A stretch of 64,000 nt of DNA from the human T2T-CHM13v2.0 reference genome, Homo sapiens: the NCBI RefSeq assembly GCF_009914755.1, contig NC_060936.1; one strand, given 5' to 3'. Below, piece after piece: positions 15,281-31,429 of the stretch. Under the pieces are notes generated by a model, which did not search any database, was not told where the DNA came from, and saw nothing but the letters and a program-made list of their open reading frames with translations. The translations under genes and the position numbers were made by a program. Positions within the stretch are counted from its first letter, which is position 1; each line of letters starts with the position of its first letter.

Positions 15281-16044
15281 AAACATAAAAATGTGGGGGG
15301 GAAATGGGGAAAATGTGCACATTTGGAACTACTGAAATACAGTTATCTCTAACAGTATTCAGTGAAATTCTACATATTTTGTAAGAAAAGATGTCAGAAC
15401 ACTGAATGTAATTCTTCTATACAGGGTCCTACCTACCAGCAAAAGAGTTATATAGCAATTCTTTATTCCATATTGAGGCAATTCTGCACATGGCTTTTGC
15501 CTCTGTAATTTCCACACCATCAAAGAGGATGGAAACAATTCAAGCCCTCACCCAACTCATTACAGGTTAGATGGGTTAGTGAATGGTAATAGTTTCTGAT
15601 GACCACAATGGAACTCCTTTTGGGCAGAGTCAATTCGGAGAACCAATGTACCAAAAAGTCACTGGGCTCCACTGGTTTTACTTAGAAAATAAATTTCTAC
15701 TGCGATCTTCCATTGTTCACAATGAAGAAAATCATTTTCAGCGTAACCAAATCTCTTTTCCTAAGCTTATAAGTTTAAAAAAAAATGCTTTTTAGGGGTA
15801 AGGACTGTGACTCCATTAAATTTAGAAAATAGGAAATATGGCACACCCACCCAAGGAGGAAGTATTCAAGAAGCAAAACTGAAAAAGCATCTCCACAGTT
15901 TATTCACCAGCTAACAGACTTAATTATATTTTTATTAGAGTACATATAAACATATTTCCACTAGAACTCTAGTGTTTAATACCAAGTTTCTGCAATAATA
16001 TTATCAATAACTGCTACCAGAATCACTATACCACCACTACCTGG

Positions 16045-16215
16045 TTGATTACCAGGCACAGTACCTTATTTAACTCTTGTAGCAGTAATAAAAGATGAGT
16101 GTTACAATGGCAATTTTTATAGATGAAGAAGCTGAGGCACAGTGAGAATGTCATCCAGATAATAAACAGCAGAGCTGCACACAAGCCCAGGTATATCTGA
16201 TCACAGAGCCAGGAC
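16045..16215 (-). mobile_element. MIR
   Basis: Core TTTATAGATGAAGAAGCTGAGGCACAG. Confidence 0.7.
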
Positions 16216-17309
16216 ATTTAATAATTAGCATATACCAACTCTCATGCTGTCACATTTTCCCAATTCTTTCCTTATTTCTCAAGTCCAAATGTACCTTGTA
16301 AATTACAGTCTATTTAACGTGATAATGCTTCTTTAGTCTCCAAAAGCCATTGTTACATTGAAGGTATATCTTAAAATTGATAATGCTGAGAATAAAAGCA
16401 ATACGGCACGTAACAGGTATGGAGTCACGTCAAACACTGAACAGTCTTCCAGTAACACACATCCTCACTTAGTAAATACTGTTTTAAAAAATATTCATTT
16501 CCTCATGTCTTGAAGGTCAGAATTCAAAACAACCATTTATTCAGTAACAAATCATAAATTTACAGTGTACAGAAAGAAAAATCCAAGGCTACAGAGAGTA
16601 TAATATGAAATAAAAGCAGATAAAATATCTGTGACTAAAGAGGACAATGTCTGAAAGTTTATTTGTTCTTCTATCAAGTAAAAGTCACAAATTCTATATG
16701 CTGGACTTCATTCCAGAAAAAACAAACAAGGTCTGGAGGGTAGAAGAGCAGTGCACAGTCAAGACCACTCAAGGACAAAAGCAAAAGGCAAAAAGGCTGA
16801 TGAAAACTCTGAGAGTCCAACACTGCGTGAATAGAGCTCCTTGAGTTCCCACTGCAGGTCATATTTCTTCGTCAGGCAATGTCATCAAAAGGTTGTTACA
16901 CACAAAACAGCCATGGAAAATACCGATGCTTCAAGCTGAAACCATGTGTTTCCAAATAAGAGTCACAAATAACTTAGATGATTTTTCATTTGCTAATGAG
17001 TTTCTCTGTGATCAATGATTTCCCACACAATGAAAGGAAAACATGACAGCAGAGAATTGCATGAAGTAGTGTTTTTACTCAGTTTTTTAAGTACTGGGAC
17101 AGAGATGGGAGATACACACACAGTCCCTCCAAGATTAGGCAGTACAGAAGTATTTCCACATGGTTATAGGAGGAAATGAGAGAGAAGGTGTGCCTTTTCT
17201 AAGGAAGACCTAATTGATACAAGGGAATATGCTGACTCAACAGTAGCCTATATAGAGGCACAAAGTCCTTGGTTCTCAAACGTTTTTGGGTCATGGATCT
17301 ATAGCTTTA

Positions 17310-17628
<319 letters not shown>

Positions 17629-17630
17629 TC

Positions 17631-17940
17631 AGCCAGGCATGGTGGCTCAGGCCTGTAATCCCAGCACTCTGGGGAGCCAAAGTGGAAGAACAGCTTGAGG
17701 CCAGGAGTTTGACACCAGACAACATAGTGGAACCCTGTATCTACAAAAAATTACAAAAATTAGCTGGGTGTGGTCATGCACACCTGTAGTCCCAGCTACT
17801 CAGGACTCAGGGAGCTGAAGTGGACAGATCACTGGAGCCCAGGAGGTCGAGGCTGCAATGAGCTGTGATGGCACCCCTGCACCCCAGCCTGGATGACAGA
17901 GTGAGATCCTGTCTCAAAAACAAAACAACAACAACAAAAA
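17631..17940 (+). mobile_element. AluJ-like with (AAC)n tail
   Basis: Alu dimer with J-type diagnostic text. Confidence 0.9.
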
Positions 17941-19639
17941 TTAATGAAAGCCACTATAAATTCTGTCCTCAGAAAAAATGTGTGGAAGAGCAAAACATCG
18001 CACACAATTACACAGGGCTGGTCAACTACGAAGCATGTCCTTGGCTCTGAGTTTCCATATTAAATACTACCACTAATGTCTATTAACCCTGCTTTGGCCA
18101 GAAATCTCTTTCTTCTCCCTTCTCCTCTAATTTGAATTCTATTCATTCTTTCTGTCCCGATCAAGCCTGCACACTACTCTAACATCTACAAATCAGCACT
18201 TTCACCACTGAGTTGTAATGATTAAGTTCTACAGCTTTATTCCCCAATAAAACTATCAGTTCTTTGGGAGTACAGACGGTGTGTGTCTGTCTTATCCACT
18301 GATAATATTCAACAAATATTTAAGTGCCCACTATGTAACATGCTTAAATGTATGCTCTATATTGGGAGGTGCTCAATAAATATATGAGAAATGAATGCCA
18401 TATACCAAGGAGTATTTTCCTATTCATAATGTAATGCTGGCATTTTTCTTGTTTATAATCACTAATCACGGGTAGTCTTGTACTGTTATTTGAATTTTCT
18501 TATGTGTATGTATTCTCGCTAATGCAACAGTGGTGTTTGAGGGGAAAAAATCTACATATTTCAATTCTTTATAGCCCATCGTATCCCACTGAAGATTAAA
18601 ATCATAGTAGATTCATAGACACTAAAAAATGTTTAGTATGACCAGCACTGCTGCCCAAATGCTTTAATGATATTTTAAAGAACATAATTTGCAAATCTTT
18701 TAATGACAGATAATTCTAAGATATAAAAGTTACATCAGAAATATAATTTCCCCTTTTTTACACTCTATCAAGCTTTGAGGGTCAAAATTTATACTTAACT
18801 TCACAAATAAATAAATCAAGCAGACACACTCCATCAGGCAAAAACTGTTTCAAATCAATATCATCATAAATAGTGCTAAGACTATATATCAATTAACCTT
18901 GGTTCTCTACTCAGTAATCCCAGTCATTATTATTGAGATTTTCTAAATGACTTCACTATCCAAATATGATATAATGCTGGAAAGTAGTACAATATTATCT
19001 GGCAAGATCACTGTGATGCCAGATTTATAAAATGGTCTTTAAGCAATAGTACTAGGAAATTATTTCTGTTCCCAACCCCCACCACCTCCCCAAAATCACT
19101 GTTTCAAAAAGAAAACAGCTGCTGAAAAATGAAAATGAAATCAGGCTGTGTGTATGTGTGTACCTAATGTTTCTGTGTCATGCCATATGGCTCTGAATAA
19201 TTAAGTGCAAATGCAGCCTGATTCCAAAGTTGGCACCCCAAACTCTAATCCCAAAGCCACAGGCAGACCTGACGTAAGATTACAAATGTCACCAGAGCAG
19301 CCACAGCCTAGCTCGGGAAGCCATTTCCCAGATGAGACAGTTGGGAGGTATAGAAGGCAGCCCATCACTAGCTCTGTTCTTTTCTGTGCCCTTCAAATTA
19401 TTTAAGTATGACGGTTTTCATAGATTTCCCTACCATAATCTCAACAAAATTACATCTTCTGTTAATCATCGAGTTACAGAGCATCTCACATAGGCTAAAT
19501 TTTACATTACTTCATAATAGAGTATCTCCACCAGCCTCAAAGCCTTTTGCTCACCATTCCAATCCAAATCAAATATATATGCAAAGAAGTCTCCTTCCTA
19601 GAAATTACAATGCTCCCAATCCCTAACCAAATAAAATAA

Positions 19640-19987
<348 letters not shown>

Positions 19988-20228
19988 ATCCCTATATTTT
20001 CATTACTTTAGGCTACTACTGTGCCCTAGTGGATACAGTCTCCTCTTGCCAAGCAAGCCCTATTAATCCCATCCTCTCTAACATGCCTGTCCGGTTAGCC
20101 TCTTTTACAGGCCTGGCCTCACCTGAAATGTCCATTCTAATGTAATTCCAAAAGCTTTATCTCTCCTCTAGTTTTAAACTTTTAATGTCTAATCTCATTC
20201 TCCAACTACCAAATAAAATTATGTACTT

Positions 20229-20557
20229 ATTTATTTATGTTTAGAGACAGAGTCTCACTCTGTTGCCCAGGCTGGAGTGCTGTGGCAGATCAGAGCTCAC
20301 TACAGCCTCAAACTCCTGGGCTGAAGCCATCCTCCTGCCTTGGCCCCACAAATAGCTGGGACTACAAGTGCACATGTCACCACAATCAGCTAATCTTTAT
20401 TTTTTATTTCTTTAGTTTTAATTTACTTTTATTTTTATTTAGAGATGGGGGTCTCGCTTTGTTGCCCAGCCTGGTCTCAAACTCCTGGCCTCAAGCAATC
20501 CTCCTGACTCAGCCTCCTGAGTAGCTGGGCTTAGAGGCACAAGCCGCTGCTCCCAGA
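20229..20557 (-). mobile_element. Old AluJ-like dimer with expanded linker
   Basis: Two reverse Alu monomers separated by an AT-rich linker. Confidence 0.85.
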
Positions 20558-20971
20558 TCAATTTTGTTTTTTAAATTTAAAGTCTTAATTCCTTCCCTTG
20601 ACTGAAAAATATTCACTAAATAGCTACACAGACTGATTAGTCTCAGGGTGAATGTTTCTTTCTAGACATTTACAAATAGACATGTGCTTTCAGTCACTTG
20701 TTCTACGATATCTGTACTGTCTCTTTCATTAAAGTATATGCTCCTTAAGTCTAAAGACTCACTCTCCTACTTTCTTTAGAGAAATAAACACTGTTATTTC
20801 AATAAAATTGGTATTTATTGATTACTCATTTCTTGCTCCTGTTATCACATTATACCCAACGACTGTCAATGTTACATCACGATTTCTTCAACTAGGGCGG
20901 TACATCCCACCATGCTCCAGTGAGTATGTTATTCTGAAATCCCTTCACCACCACATCCAAGGACATTGCTC

Positions 20972-21269
<298 letters not shown>

Positions 21270-22685
21270 TCATTTGCCCTTTGATAATCACCTCTATTGC
21301 ATCACCTCTATTACAATATCACAACACATTGAAAGATAGGAATAGACAAATATAATGCTATTGTTATCATAATTATAATTTCAATTTTCCCCACATTATT
21401 TTCACTGTATATTCCAAGTAAAATATCTTAACTCTAAACACTGAATCTTGGCAAACAGAGCAGCTCTGGGCCAAAGGCAATTTTACAGCTGTGTTATAAA
21501 CTACCATGGGGTAAATATGCTAACAATCCATTAGTACAGCAGCACCAGCTGACTGCTCTGAAGAGCCATTATGTTTTACAAATGTCAGATACCCACAGAT
21601 TAAAGTCTCCCTAAGTAAGTATGGACATGATTAAGCATAAAACAACTTCAAAAGACCCAAGTAATCTTCTCTTGTATGCAAAGCAATCATCTGCATTTCA
21701 GAGAAAAAAATGAGCTTTCTATTGAAATTAACATATATTTTATTCTAAAAAGTTAAGAAAATTTAAAGTATACTACTGCACATAATGCCAATTTGACAGC
21801 ACTGTGTCAGACCTTTCAAGTATTTCTACACAGCTAGAAAAGCGAGATTTTCCTAAGTCCCATATGTGGTACAAATCACTGAAGCAATAAGAAAAACTCT
21901 TTTAAGTTTTTGAACTGCACATATTTTCCGGCTTTTTAAAACTTTTACATCCAATATTTTACTTTATTTTGATAGAGTTAGGTGAAAAGGATATGGTATA
22001 TTATGAAAACTTATACTAACTATCCTAACAAAGTAACAGCCATTAGGTCTGCAATACTAAAAATGCCAAATGAAGAAACTCTTGAAAAATGATTGCAGAT
22101 TTTTTTTCCCATCGTCTATTGATAGCCAAAGTACTTTTCCCTAAGGAGTGTGAGGCAATCTGAACTTAAAACACAAAGTGTAACCTTTGAGAAGTTAATC
22201 ATAAATACCTAACAAAATTTCCCTAAATTGAGGACTGATAAAGAACAATCTCAACTGGTGCATTATTAGAAAGGGAGGAAGGATGGAAAGAAGTAGAGGG
22301 GACTAGCAGAGACTCTACATAAGTAAAAACTACATTTTATCATTCTGCGCATTTTATCATTCTGTGCATTTTTCCAACAAAAAAAGATAACTGATCATTA
22401 AGAAAATAGGAAGCACATTTACTTTTTCAAAAGCAAGGAAAAATAAGTGTAATTGCATGATCTAAAACTATAAAATTCAGAATGTATACTCTCAGATACT
22501 GAAATTCTGACAAATTACAAATAAAAAATGTACCAGAAGAAGCCAATAAGACTCAAAGTTTTAAAAACCAGGTATAAATATAGCCATAGGTATGTTTCAG
22601 AAACATATCTGTTTCAGTAACATAACTGGCCAGCTGTCTGGAAGACAGATTACAGTAACAGAACGGGAAGATAACTCAATTAATA

Positions 22686-23155
22686 GGTATGGCAGACATA
22701 TTCTTTTCCCAAAGGTATACTATCCCAATGTGTATACTATATAAATAAATGCTATCCCTTCCTGTCCCACTGATATCAAGCTTGGCCATGTACCTTGGGT
22801 ATCTTCCTACTGAAAGATGATACCTTGTTATGCATTAGATTTTAAGGTTGGTGCTGAATGTCTTGGCCAATGAAATGTGAGCAGAAATGGGATATACCAT
22901 TTCCGAGCAAAAGCATTAATGAGCGACCATGTGCTCTGCCACTGCTCTGTGCTCTCTACCATGGGCCCACCAAGTCATACCCAGGAGGGTGCCCTGCCAA
23001 CATGAGTTGTGGAGGGAAGAGGATATAGTACTATAATCAATTACTCACAATGAACATGCAACATGAGCATGAAATAAACTTCTATTGGATGAGCTAGTAA
23101 CATCTTTGAGGTCTTCTGTTACTACAGCATAACTGAGCCTAACCTGACTGAATAC
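22686..23155 (+). mobile_element. MLT1 (ERVL-MaLR) solo LTR, MLT1J/I-like
   Basis: TTGGCCAATGAAATGTGAGCAGAA...GAAATAAAC...TGTTACTACAGCATAAC...CTGACTGAATAC typical of MLT1. Confidence 0.75.
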
Positions 23156-23523
23156 TTCATAAAACACTTATGGTATCTTGAAGCAGGCCAAAATGAAGAG
23201 AGTGGGACCAACTGGATGGACTTCTGGAAGGCTGGCAAGAAAAGGTGGGGAATTCAATATTATATATTAAGAACCACAAACAAAGAACGAAAAATGCAGG
23301 AGGGTCGAGATATCAAAAAGGCCATCACATGGAAGCAGAACTGGTTGCGTTATAAATGATCCCAAAGAACAGAGTTAACGAAGAAATGAAAGTTAGAGGA
23401 AGACAGGCTTCTGCTCAGTGTAAGACTTTCTAATACTAAGCACTCTTTAAAGATAAAAAGAACTCTTTGGAAAACTGTGCTTACTTAACCAAAAGTATAT
23501 ATTCAGTAAAAAAGATATTATAA

Positions 23524-23874
<351 letters not shown>

Positions 23875-23944
23875 CTATGTGACTTTTAATGTTTGTCTCC
23901 CACTCTGAAAAGGTAATACCAATACTTCTGTTAGCTAGTATCAA

Positions 23945-24110
23945 CAACAGTTAACCACTTATTGAGCTCTTACAATGAGAAAGGTACTGTGCTGAGCCAA
24001 AGAACCCTTCACCATGTTACTGGTGAAGGAACAGGAGCTCAGCAGGCTTTAGTCACTGGCATGTGTCACACAGTTAACTGGCAGAACTGAGACCCAAAAT
24101 ATCTCTTATC
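23945..24110 (-). mobile_element. MIR
   Basis: CACTTATTGAGC...ACTGTGCT...GTCACACAGTTAAC..GGCAGA. Confidence 0.55.
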
Positions 24111-24770
24111 TCTGAAGGAAGTGAAGAAAAGGACTTAAACAAACACGTACCCCCAAAAAGAGACATAAAATTAAAGCTAACTATGTTATCTTCTGTCTGA
24201 TATCGTTATGGACAATGCTCTTGAGTAAGTAGCAGTGATCTTTTCGGTGTTTTTAATGGACAGATGACCCTAGCTAGATATATACAATGTAGTTTCAACA
24301 AATACTGAAAAGTTACAAAAGTAAGTGAAAGGTGAAAATATTTAAAGTCACATTACCATAGAATTTAAAATATTCTACACAGCATCAATATAAGATTACC
24401 TCAGCACCAATCAATAGCAATGACAAATGAAATTGTATTATTCTGTGAGAAATTTCCTTAATTTCTACAGTAAAATTGTTTTTCAATAACTCACTTCAGT
24501 GACATTATTCTGCATACAATAGAAATTGCAGCCTTTTGGAAAGAAGGTCAATTTATATGGCTCCTGCTTAGCTGTGAGAGATTCTCAATGTAGTAAATGA
24601 AATTCCCTTTTAATTAAACCTATCTTATGCTTAAAAAATAAAAAGCAGAAATAATAGATCACAATACAAACTTTGTTAACATGCAAACTATGGAAAAAAT
24701 GGCTAGGGAGAGACACAAACACTCTCCAAGTGATAAAGTCCTTGATGATCTGTTTTAATATCCTCAGTTG

Positions 24771-25113
<343 letters not shown>

Positions 25114-25246
25114 TCACAATATCCACATCTTATCTGAATAGAAATGAAAAGGCATAACAGAAAATTGCCAGGAATAAGACAGTAAATAAATTCTCAATAA
25201 ATTCATATTGTAAACAGGTTTTTCAAAGACTACAACAAATGGTTGT

Positions 25247-25350
25247 ACAGGTATCCAACATTTTGGCTTCCCTGTGTCTCATCGGAAGAACTGTCGTGGG
25301 CCACACATAAAATAGACTCTAACATTAACAATAGCTGAGCTTTAAAAGAA
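25247..25350 (+). mobile_element. MER30 5' half (hAT-Charlie)
   Basis: TCCAACATTTTGGCTTCCCTG...GGGCCACACATAAAATA...ATAGCTGA; homologous to 63003-63550. Confidence 0.75.
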
Positions 25351-26014
25351 AGGGGGGGGGGGGGCGTGTGGGGGGTGGGGGTGAGCTGTGCGTAATTTTC
25401 ATGATATCCATCACCACAGATAAGCAAGCATATATTAGCCCTTCCAACTTCTGTTGACAATGAATAAACGGAGCCAACAACAATCATTTAAATTAGCTTT
25501 CCTATCTCATGAGCAGGGTAATTTTCATTCATAGAACAAAGTTACATTAAGTTTGATAAGAGAAAATTATTATCTTAAAGAACAACAGGATTAGTACCAT
25601 TTTTCAAAAGAATCTGAAGTCATCCATAGAAACTATATGAAGATGGTTTGTTTGATCATTATTTTCTAAAAGAAAAGATGTTTTATTTGTTTCAAAATTG
25701 ACTCCTGTAGGAGGGCTCAAATAGAGCATTCTGGAACTACTTTAATGAAATTTGAAAGAATACAAATCAAAGTATGTAAAATAAAAAATTTATGGTGAAA
25801 ATAATTACTGACATTAACAGTATGTGAGGCATTATGTGGCACACATGATATATATCTATCATCTAGCAAAAGCTCAAGGTACATGGTGTCCTGTACTTAA
25901 ATGTTAACTAAGGCTTAGTGAGATTAGGGTAACTGTCCAAGTAACAGACCCTGAAATGAAGCCAAGGAATAACCCAAAATTCTTTAGAACTATCCCAAAC
26001 TTTATATGTCATAA

Positions 26015-26243
<229 letters not shown>

Positions 26244-27094
26244 GACAATTTTCTTATAAATAATAGTTTAATTTGACCTGACTTCAATTTCCAACAAAAA
26301 AATTCTGAATTCATGAGCCATAAATAAATGAAATACCTGCATTTCCCCTCCCTCCCAGTTTTTCTGCTCTTCTAATTGTCTCTCGACAAAGAAACATGCT
26401 ACCATTGCCAGTACAAAACTTAAAAGAATGTAATTCATTTTCGCATTTGTTCGTATTCTTCTGAAAGGAATAAATCATGATATTAAAAAAAAACACAGTG
26501 AGCTACAATTTTAAAATATACTTTGTTCACATACCTTGTAACTTTGTATAAAAAGAATTGTGCTTAAACGTGTGTTAATTATTGCAGAGATACCAAGAGC
26601 TTTATTCTGGTACAGGATTATGGCAACAGTAAGTTTTCCACATTTTCTTGGATAGAGTTTCTGTGTACTTTGTTTCGTTTTACAGTGGGAGACAGAATTA
26701 CCAAATATTTAGAATACTTAAGAGTACTCAACTCTTAAATCAATGGTTCCACATGCATAGTACACCTTAGTAACAGATGATTTCTAGGTCTACTCCAAAA
26801 GACAGATTTGGAGGAACACTCAGAGGAGCTAAAGTTGAGAATGAGAAATAGAGAAATCTTCCGTCAGAAAAGTCTTTCTGAGTAGCTTAAATAACATATC
26901 AACTGTAGTTCAAGTGTCCTAAGCAGTTGTATTACAGTGGTAACCACCCTAGCCAATAGTTTGGATAAGAAACTGGTAAGTCCTCACAGCTTTGATTACC
27001 TGAAAGTACTACATACAGACTCAGGAAGAGACGTAAAAAGTTTTTCTCATACAAGCTCTTAATGAACCCATTCTTTCTCATCCACTTCTCCCCT

Positions 27095-28250
27095 CAAAAC
27101 ACTATTCAGAGCCTGGAACATATTGCTATGCCAGAAAGTAAGGGGATGCTCCAACGATGGGATCATGTCAAAAGGACATAGGAGCGAGCCATCACAAAGG
27201 GGCTTCCTCTGACCAAATCTGGAAAAATTTAAGCATCAAAATAAATGATGGTAAAAATCAACTATAATCCATTGAATAAAATAACAATCCATGGGTCCCA
27301 ATTTACATAGCAAGATTAAATAAATTAAATAAATAAATAAATAAATAGGGAAATAAAATGCAAGAAAATGAAAAAGCTCTTCCTTACAACAGGATGCCAA
27401 CTAATAAAAAGTAGAAAGAATGGTGGCATTTGAAAATGAACAGTACAACCATAATGGTAATAAATGATTTAAGCAAGGACTACCAATATAGTCTAAAACA
27501 AATAAATGAAAATTTGATGAGAAATAGGATAATTATACAATCTCATTGTATCTGGCCACAAATTACATATTAATTACAAACACAAAATTGACAAAGATAA
27601 CAGTTAACAAAATACTTATTAGTTTATAGCGGAGAAACTTGACAGAACATTACCTCAGTCAATTGACAGAACATGTTAACATCACTAATAATGGGACACT
27701 GACGATATGAGCCTACTGAAAACACAACATCACTTCTATGGTATTCCTACTACTAATAAAAAGCATAACCTGAATTTAAGCATGAGAAAACTATCTCAAA
27801 CTGAAAGTCAATATAAGGTTTGAACTCATCAAAAATATCAATGTCAAGAAAGAAAAAAAAGGCTAAAGAACTGTTCTGGATTTAAAGAGACATGAAAACT
27901 AAATACAATGTATGATCATGGATTAATCTTAGGAGGTTAAGCTATAATGGATGTAACTGGGACAACCAATGACATCTGAATTGAACTACGGGTTAGATAA
28001 TGGCATTTTATCAATGTTACATTTCCTAATTTTTATCATGATACTGTGCTAATATACCTTTGTCCTTAGGAAACATACACCAAATACTTAAGGGTAAAAA
28101 AGAACATCAATCTTGAGTTTACAAATATGCAAATGATTTAGGGAATAAATTTTAAAAATAAAAACTACCGTTGAAGGGCAGGGAATATGGGAGTTCTTTG
28201 TACCATTCCCAAAACTTCCCTAAATTTCAAATTATATCAATAGAAAGAGA
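27095..28250 (+). mobile_element. L1MC-type 3' region
   Basis: CCAGAAAGTAAGG...AGCATCAAAATAAAT...ATCAATGTTACATTTCCT...TATGGGAGTTCTTTGTAC characteristic of L1MC 3' ends. Confidence 0.7.
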
Positions 28251-28386
28251 AACTAAAGATTTATGTAATTTTCATACTAGCAATAAATCATTGCAAGTGA
28301 AAAGTTTTTGAAAATTACAGGAAACTCTCGGTATCTAGCAATATACTTGGTTGTCTGCAAACCACTGTCTGCTGTTCCTTCTCTTA

Positions 28387-28539
<153 letters not shown>

Positions 28540-29845
28540 TTAAAACATTTTTCTAAAGCAAAGTTCATGAGTTAATTTAAATGACTTAAATAATCTCACG
28601 CTGAAACAGAGAGTGGAATTTAAGTATTTGCCCAAAGTTAGAAAATACTTACGTACAAAAAAAAGTAATGTGTCTTGGTTTTAAAGTCTGAAATATGAGG
28701 CATGGTGTAACACTCCTCCCATAAATGTCTTTACAATCTGCTTCTTCAAAGTTTAAAATCATTTAAAATTCTCAAATTAATCTATTTAAGAGTATCGCAA
28801 AGACTAATTTTGTTAAAGTTCTATTGAAAGGTAAAAAGAATGTCACAAATTAATAGCAAAGTTATAAAATGTTTTTTAGAGGGAAAATCAAGAGGAAAAA
28901 AATTCCAAAAGTGTGAGATTTACACAAATGTCTTTACATGTTTTGAAGGTCTAAAGGACATGATTTTAGAGACTGTCAGGAAATTACATCTTCCCAGAAC
29001 ATCAAATTTATTTCCTGAATTTATAATTTTGTTAATGTTTGACATTTTGGGAAGTATCTTGTTTGCCTCTGAAATATATTATAACATTGAGCCACAAGTA
29101 ACTCCAACACCAAAAGAATCCAACGTATTAACAATGCCCCATGCATTCCTAAAATTCCTTTTATTTTCATAAATATATAAACAGATACAAAATGTCCTAG
29201 AGAAGACAGTTAATTTCCTTTTAAATTACACTAGTTCAATGCAAGACAGCAAAAAATTGGAAGGATGAAAACAACATTTACAGAAGAAAATTTCCTCTCT
29301 TTTACTTGTTATCTTGACAAAAGCACTCAGAGGAGAAAATTCTGACAGAATTAAAACACACATGATATCCACAAGGCATGTTTAATGCTTTTACCACACC
29401 AGTAGACATACCAAAATGCATCTCCATATTCTCAAATCAGACAGCATTTGAAAAACTACACATTCAGGCCTTTTATCTTCTATTAGACTTTCTGAAAATT
29501 ACAAAGCTGAATTTTTTTTTCTTGGTTATGTCAAATAACTTTTTGTCTTCCTGCCTATGTGGCTAATCCTGATTTACCAAATTTTCCCAAAGCAATCTCT
29601 GTCTAAAACAGTTATGATATTTATAGCAAGAGAAATAAAGTACAGCAAACAGAAAAACATTCCTGCTAACAAATGATAGTCTTTGCTTAAGACAGAACAT
29701 TCCGAAATTTCCAACAATGCTCTGCAGGTATCATGAATCTATGTTCCCTCTGACACATTTATCCTTTGGGTAGAATTTTTCTGGGTTTGAAAAAGAGCTA
29801 ATATCTCAATAGAAAGAACACCCCACATTAATTTGTTTTTATTTC

Positions 29846-30285
29846 CTACTGTGTTTCACTGACCCTAAGGCACCATCAAGTTTGAGATACACCATTATTT
29901 TGCAAACCACCAGGAGAAGAGGGGAAGGTGACAAACTATAACATCATTCCTATCACTTACAATTTTTACCTTCCAATTATTCAAAGAGCTCCTTTAAACT
30001 TATTGAGTCCTAGTCATCACATTCCATTATTATGCATACATAAAACAGATAATATAAGCAAAATAAATTAGTTAAAAATTCCTAACTACATCAATATTCC
30101 AAGTCTACCTCTTCTGAATCACTCTTCAACCCAGTCACTGGTGCAGTATCTTCCTACATAATCATCCTCTGTGCCATAAAGAGTGCTGGTGATGCAGCAC
30201 TTGTGAAGAGTGTGCCACTTTTATTTCCATAATTTTCTTCCACTGGTGACACCTATTCGGCACATTGTTTAAAACTTCTGATATT
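29846..30285 (-). mobile_element. Tigger13a-like fragment (3' part)
   Basis: TIR-like TACTGTGTTTCACTGA; CATCCTCTGTGCCAT..AGAGTGCTGGTGATGCAGCA; aligns by eye to 13860-14150. Confidence 0.6.
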
Positions 30286-30314
30286 AAAATCTCCAAATAT
30301 ACTTGAAAATAGGG

Positions 30315-30636
30315 GGCTGGATGTGGTGGCTCACAGCTGTAATCCCAACATTTTGCAAGGCCGAGGCAGAAGGATTGCTTGAGCCCAGCAGATCAAGACC
30401 AGCCTGGGCAACACAGCCAGTCCCCATCTCTACAAAAAAAAAATAAATTATATATATATATAAAATTAGCCAGGTGTAGTTGTGCACGCCTGTTGTCCCA
30501 ACTACTCTGGACGCTGAGGCGAGAGTATTGCTTGAGCCTAGCAGGGTCAAGGTTGCGGCAAGCCATGATCATGCCACCACTGCACTCCAGCCTGCGTGAC
30601 AGAGTGAAAGCCTGTCTCATAAAAAATAAATAAAAA
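30315..30636 (+). mobile_element. AluJ-like with (TA)n in linker
   Basis: Alu dimer consensus. Confidence 0.9.
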
Positions 30637-30866
30637 GGAGGGAGGGAGGGAGACAGTGAGTGGAGGAGGAAGAGGGGAAGAGGGAGAGAGGAGGGGGAGG
30701 GGAAGAGGGAAAGGGGAGGGAGGGGTAAGAGGGAGAGGGGAGGGAGGGGGGAAGAGGGAGAGGGGAGGGAGGGGGGAAGAGGGAGAGGGGAGGGAGGGGG
30801 GAAGAGAGAGAGGAGAGGGGGAGAGGGAGACAGAAGGGGGAGATCGATCAAGAAGGGAGAAGAAAA
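30637..30866 (+). repeat. G/A-rich polypurine low-complexity tract
   Basis: GGGA/GGGGGA units with very few pyrimidines. Confidence 0.95.
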
Positions 30867-31429
30867 TAGAATAACAAGTCCCAATAAATTCCTAAGCCAA
30901 ATAATCAACATTATGTCTCCTGCTGCAACCACCCTTTTTGTTTTTATTTTGATATACTTTATGGCAAATCCCACTCCTAAATACTTCAGCGTGCATCAAA
31001 TCATATTCTCAGCAAGGTCTGCCAATTCTCTCTTAAGTCTTCTTTGATCAAGTACAGCCCTTTTCCTTTTTTTTAAACATGCAGTTGACTTGGTGAAGAA
31101 ACCAGGTTACCTGTCTTAATATCTCATATTCACATCCAATTTCTTCCTCATGATATCATCATTTTACAAGTTTTAATAATGGTGTTACCTTGACCTTGTC
31201 AGAGGATGTCAAAGGAAAGTTTACAAACAACAAACTCCCTCTAATTATTCTCAAATACTTTGTCAACTGAAATACTGAGGTGTTAACAGCTCTCCAGGCA
31301 TGCGCTGTGGAACACTGAACAATTAATGAGCATGCACAGGCAATGCCAGCTTTACCACAATTGCTGTATAGCTGACACAATTTTAATACACCATTAAAAT
31401 TTTATCCTGATTTCTACAATTTTAAAATA

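Noticed and set aside
30393-30974. 193-aa Pro/Leu/Ser-rich ORF, the longest in the track
   Set aside because: It is the translation of the polypurine tract plus an AluJ.
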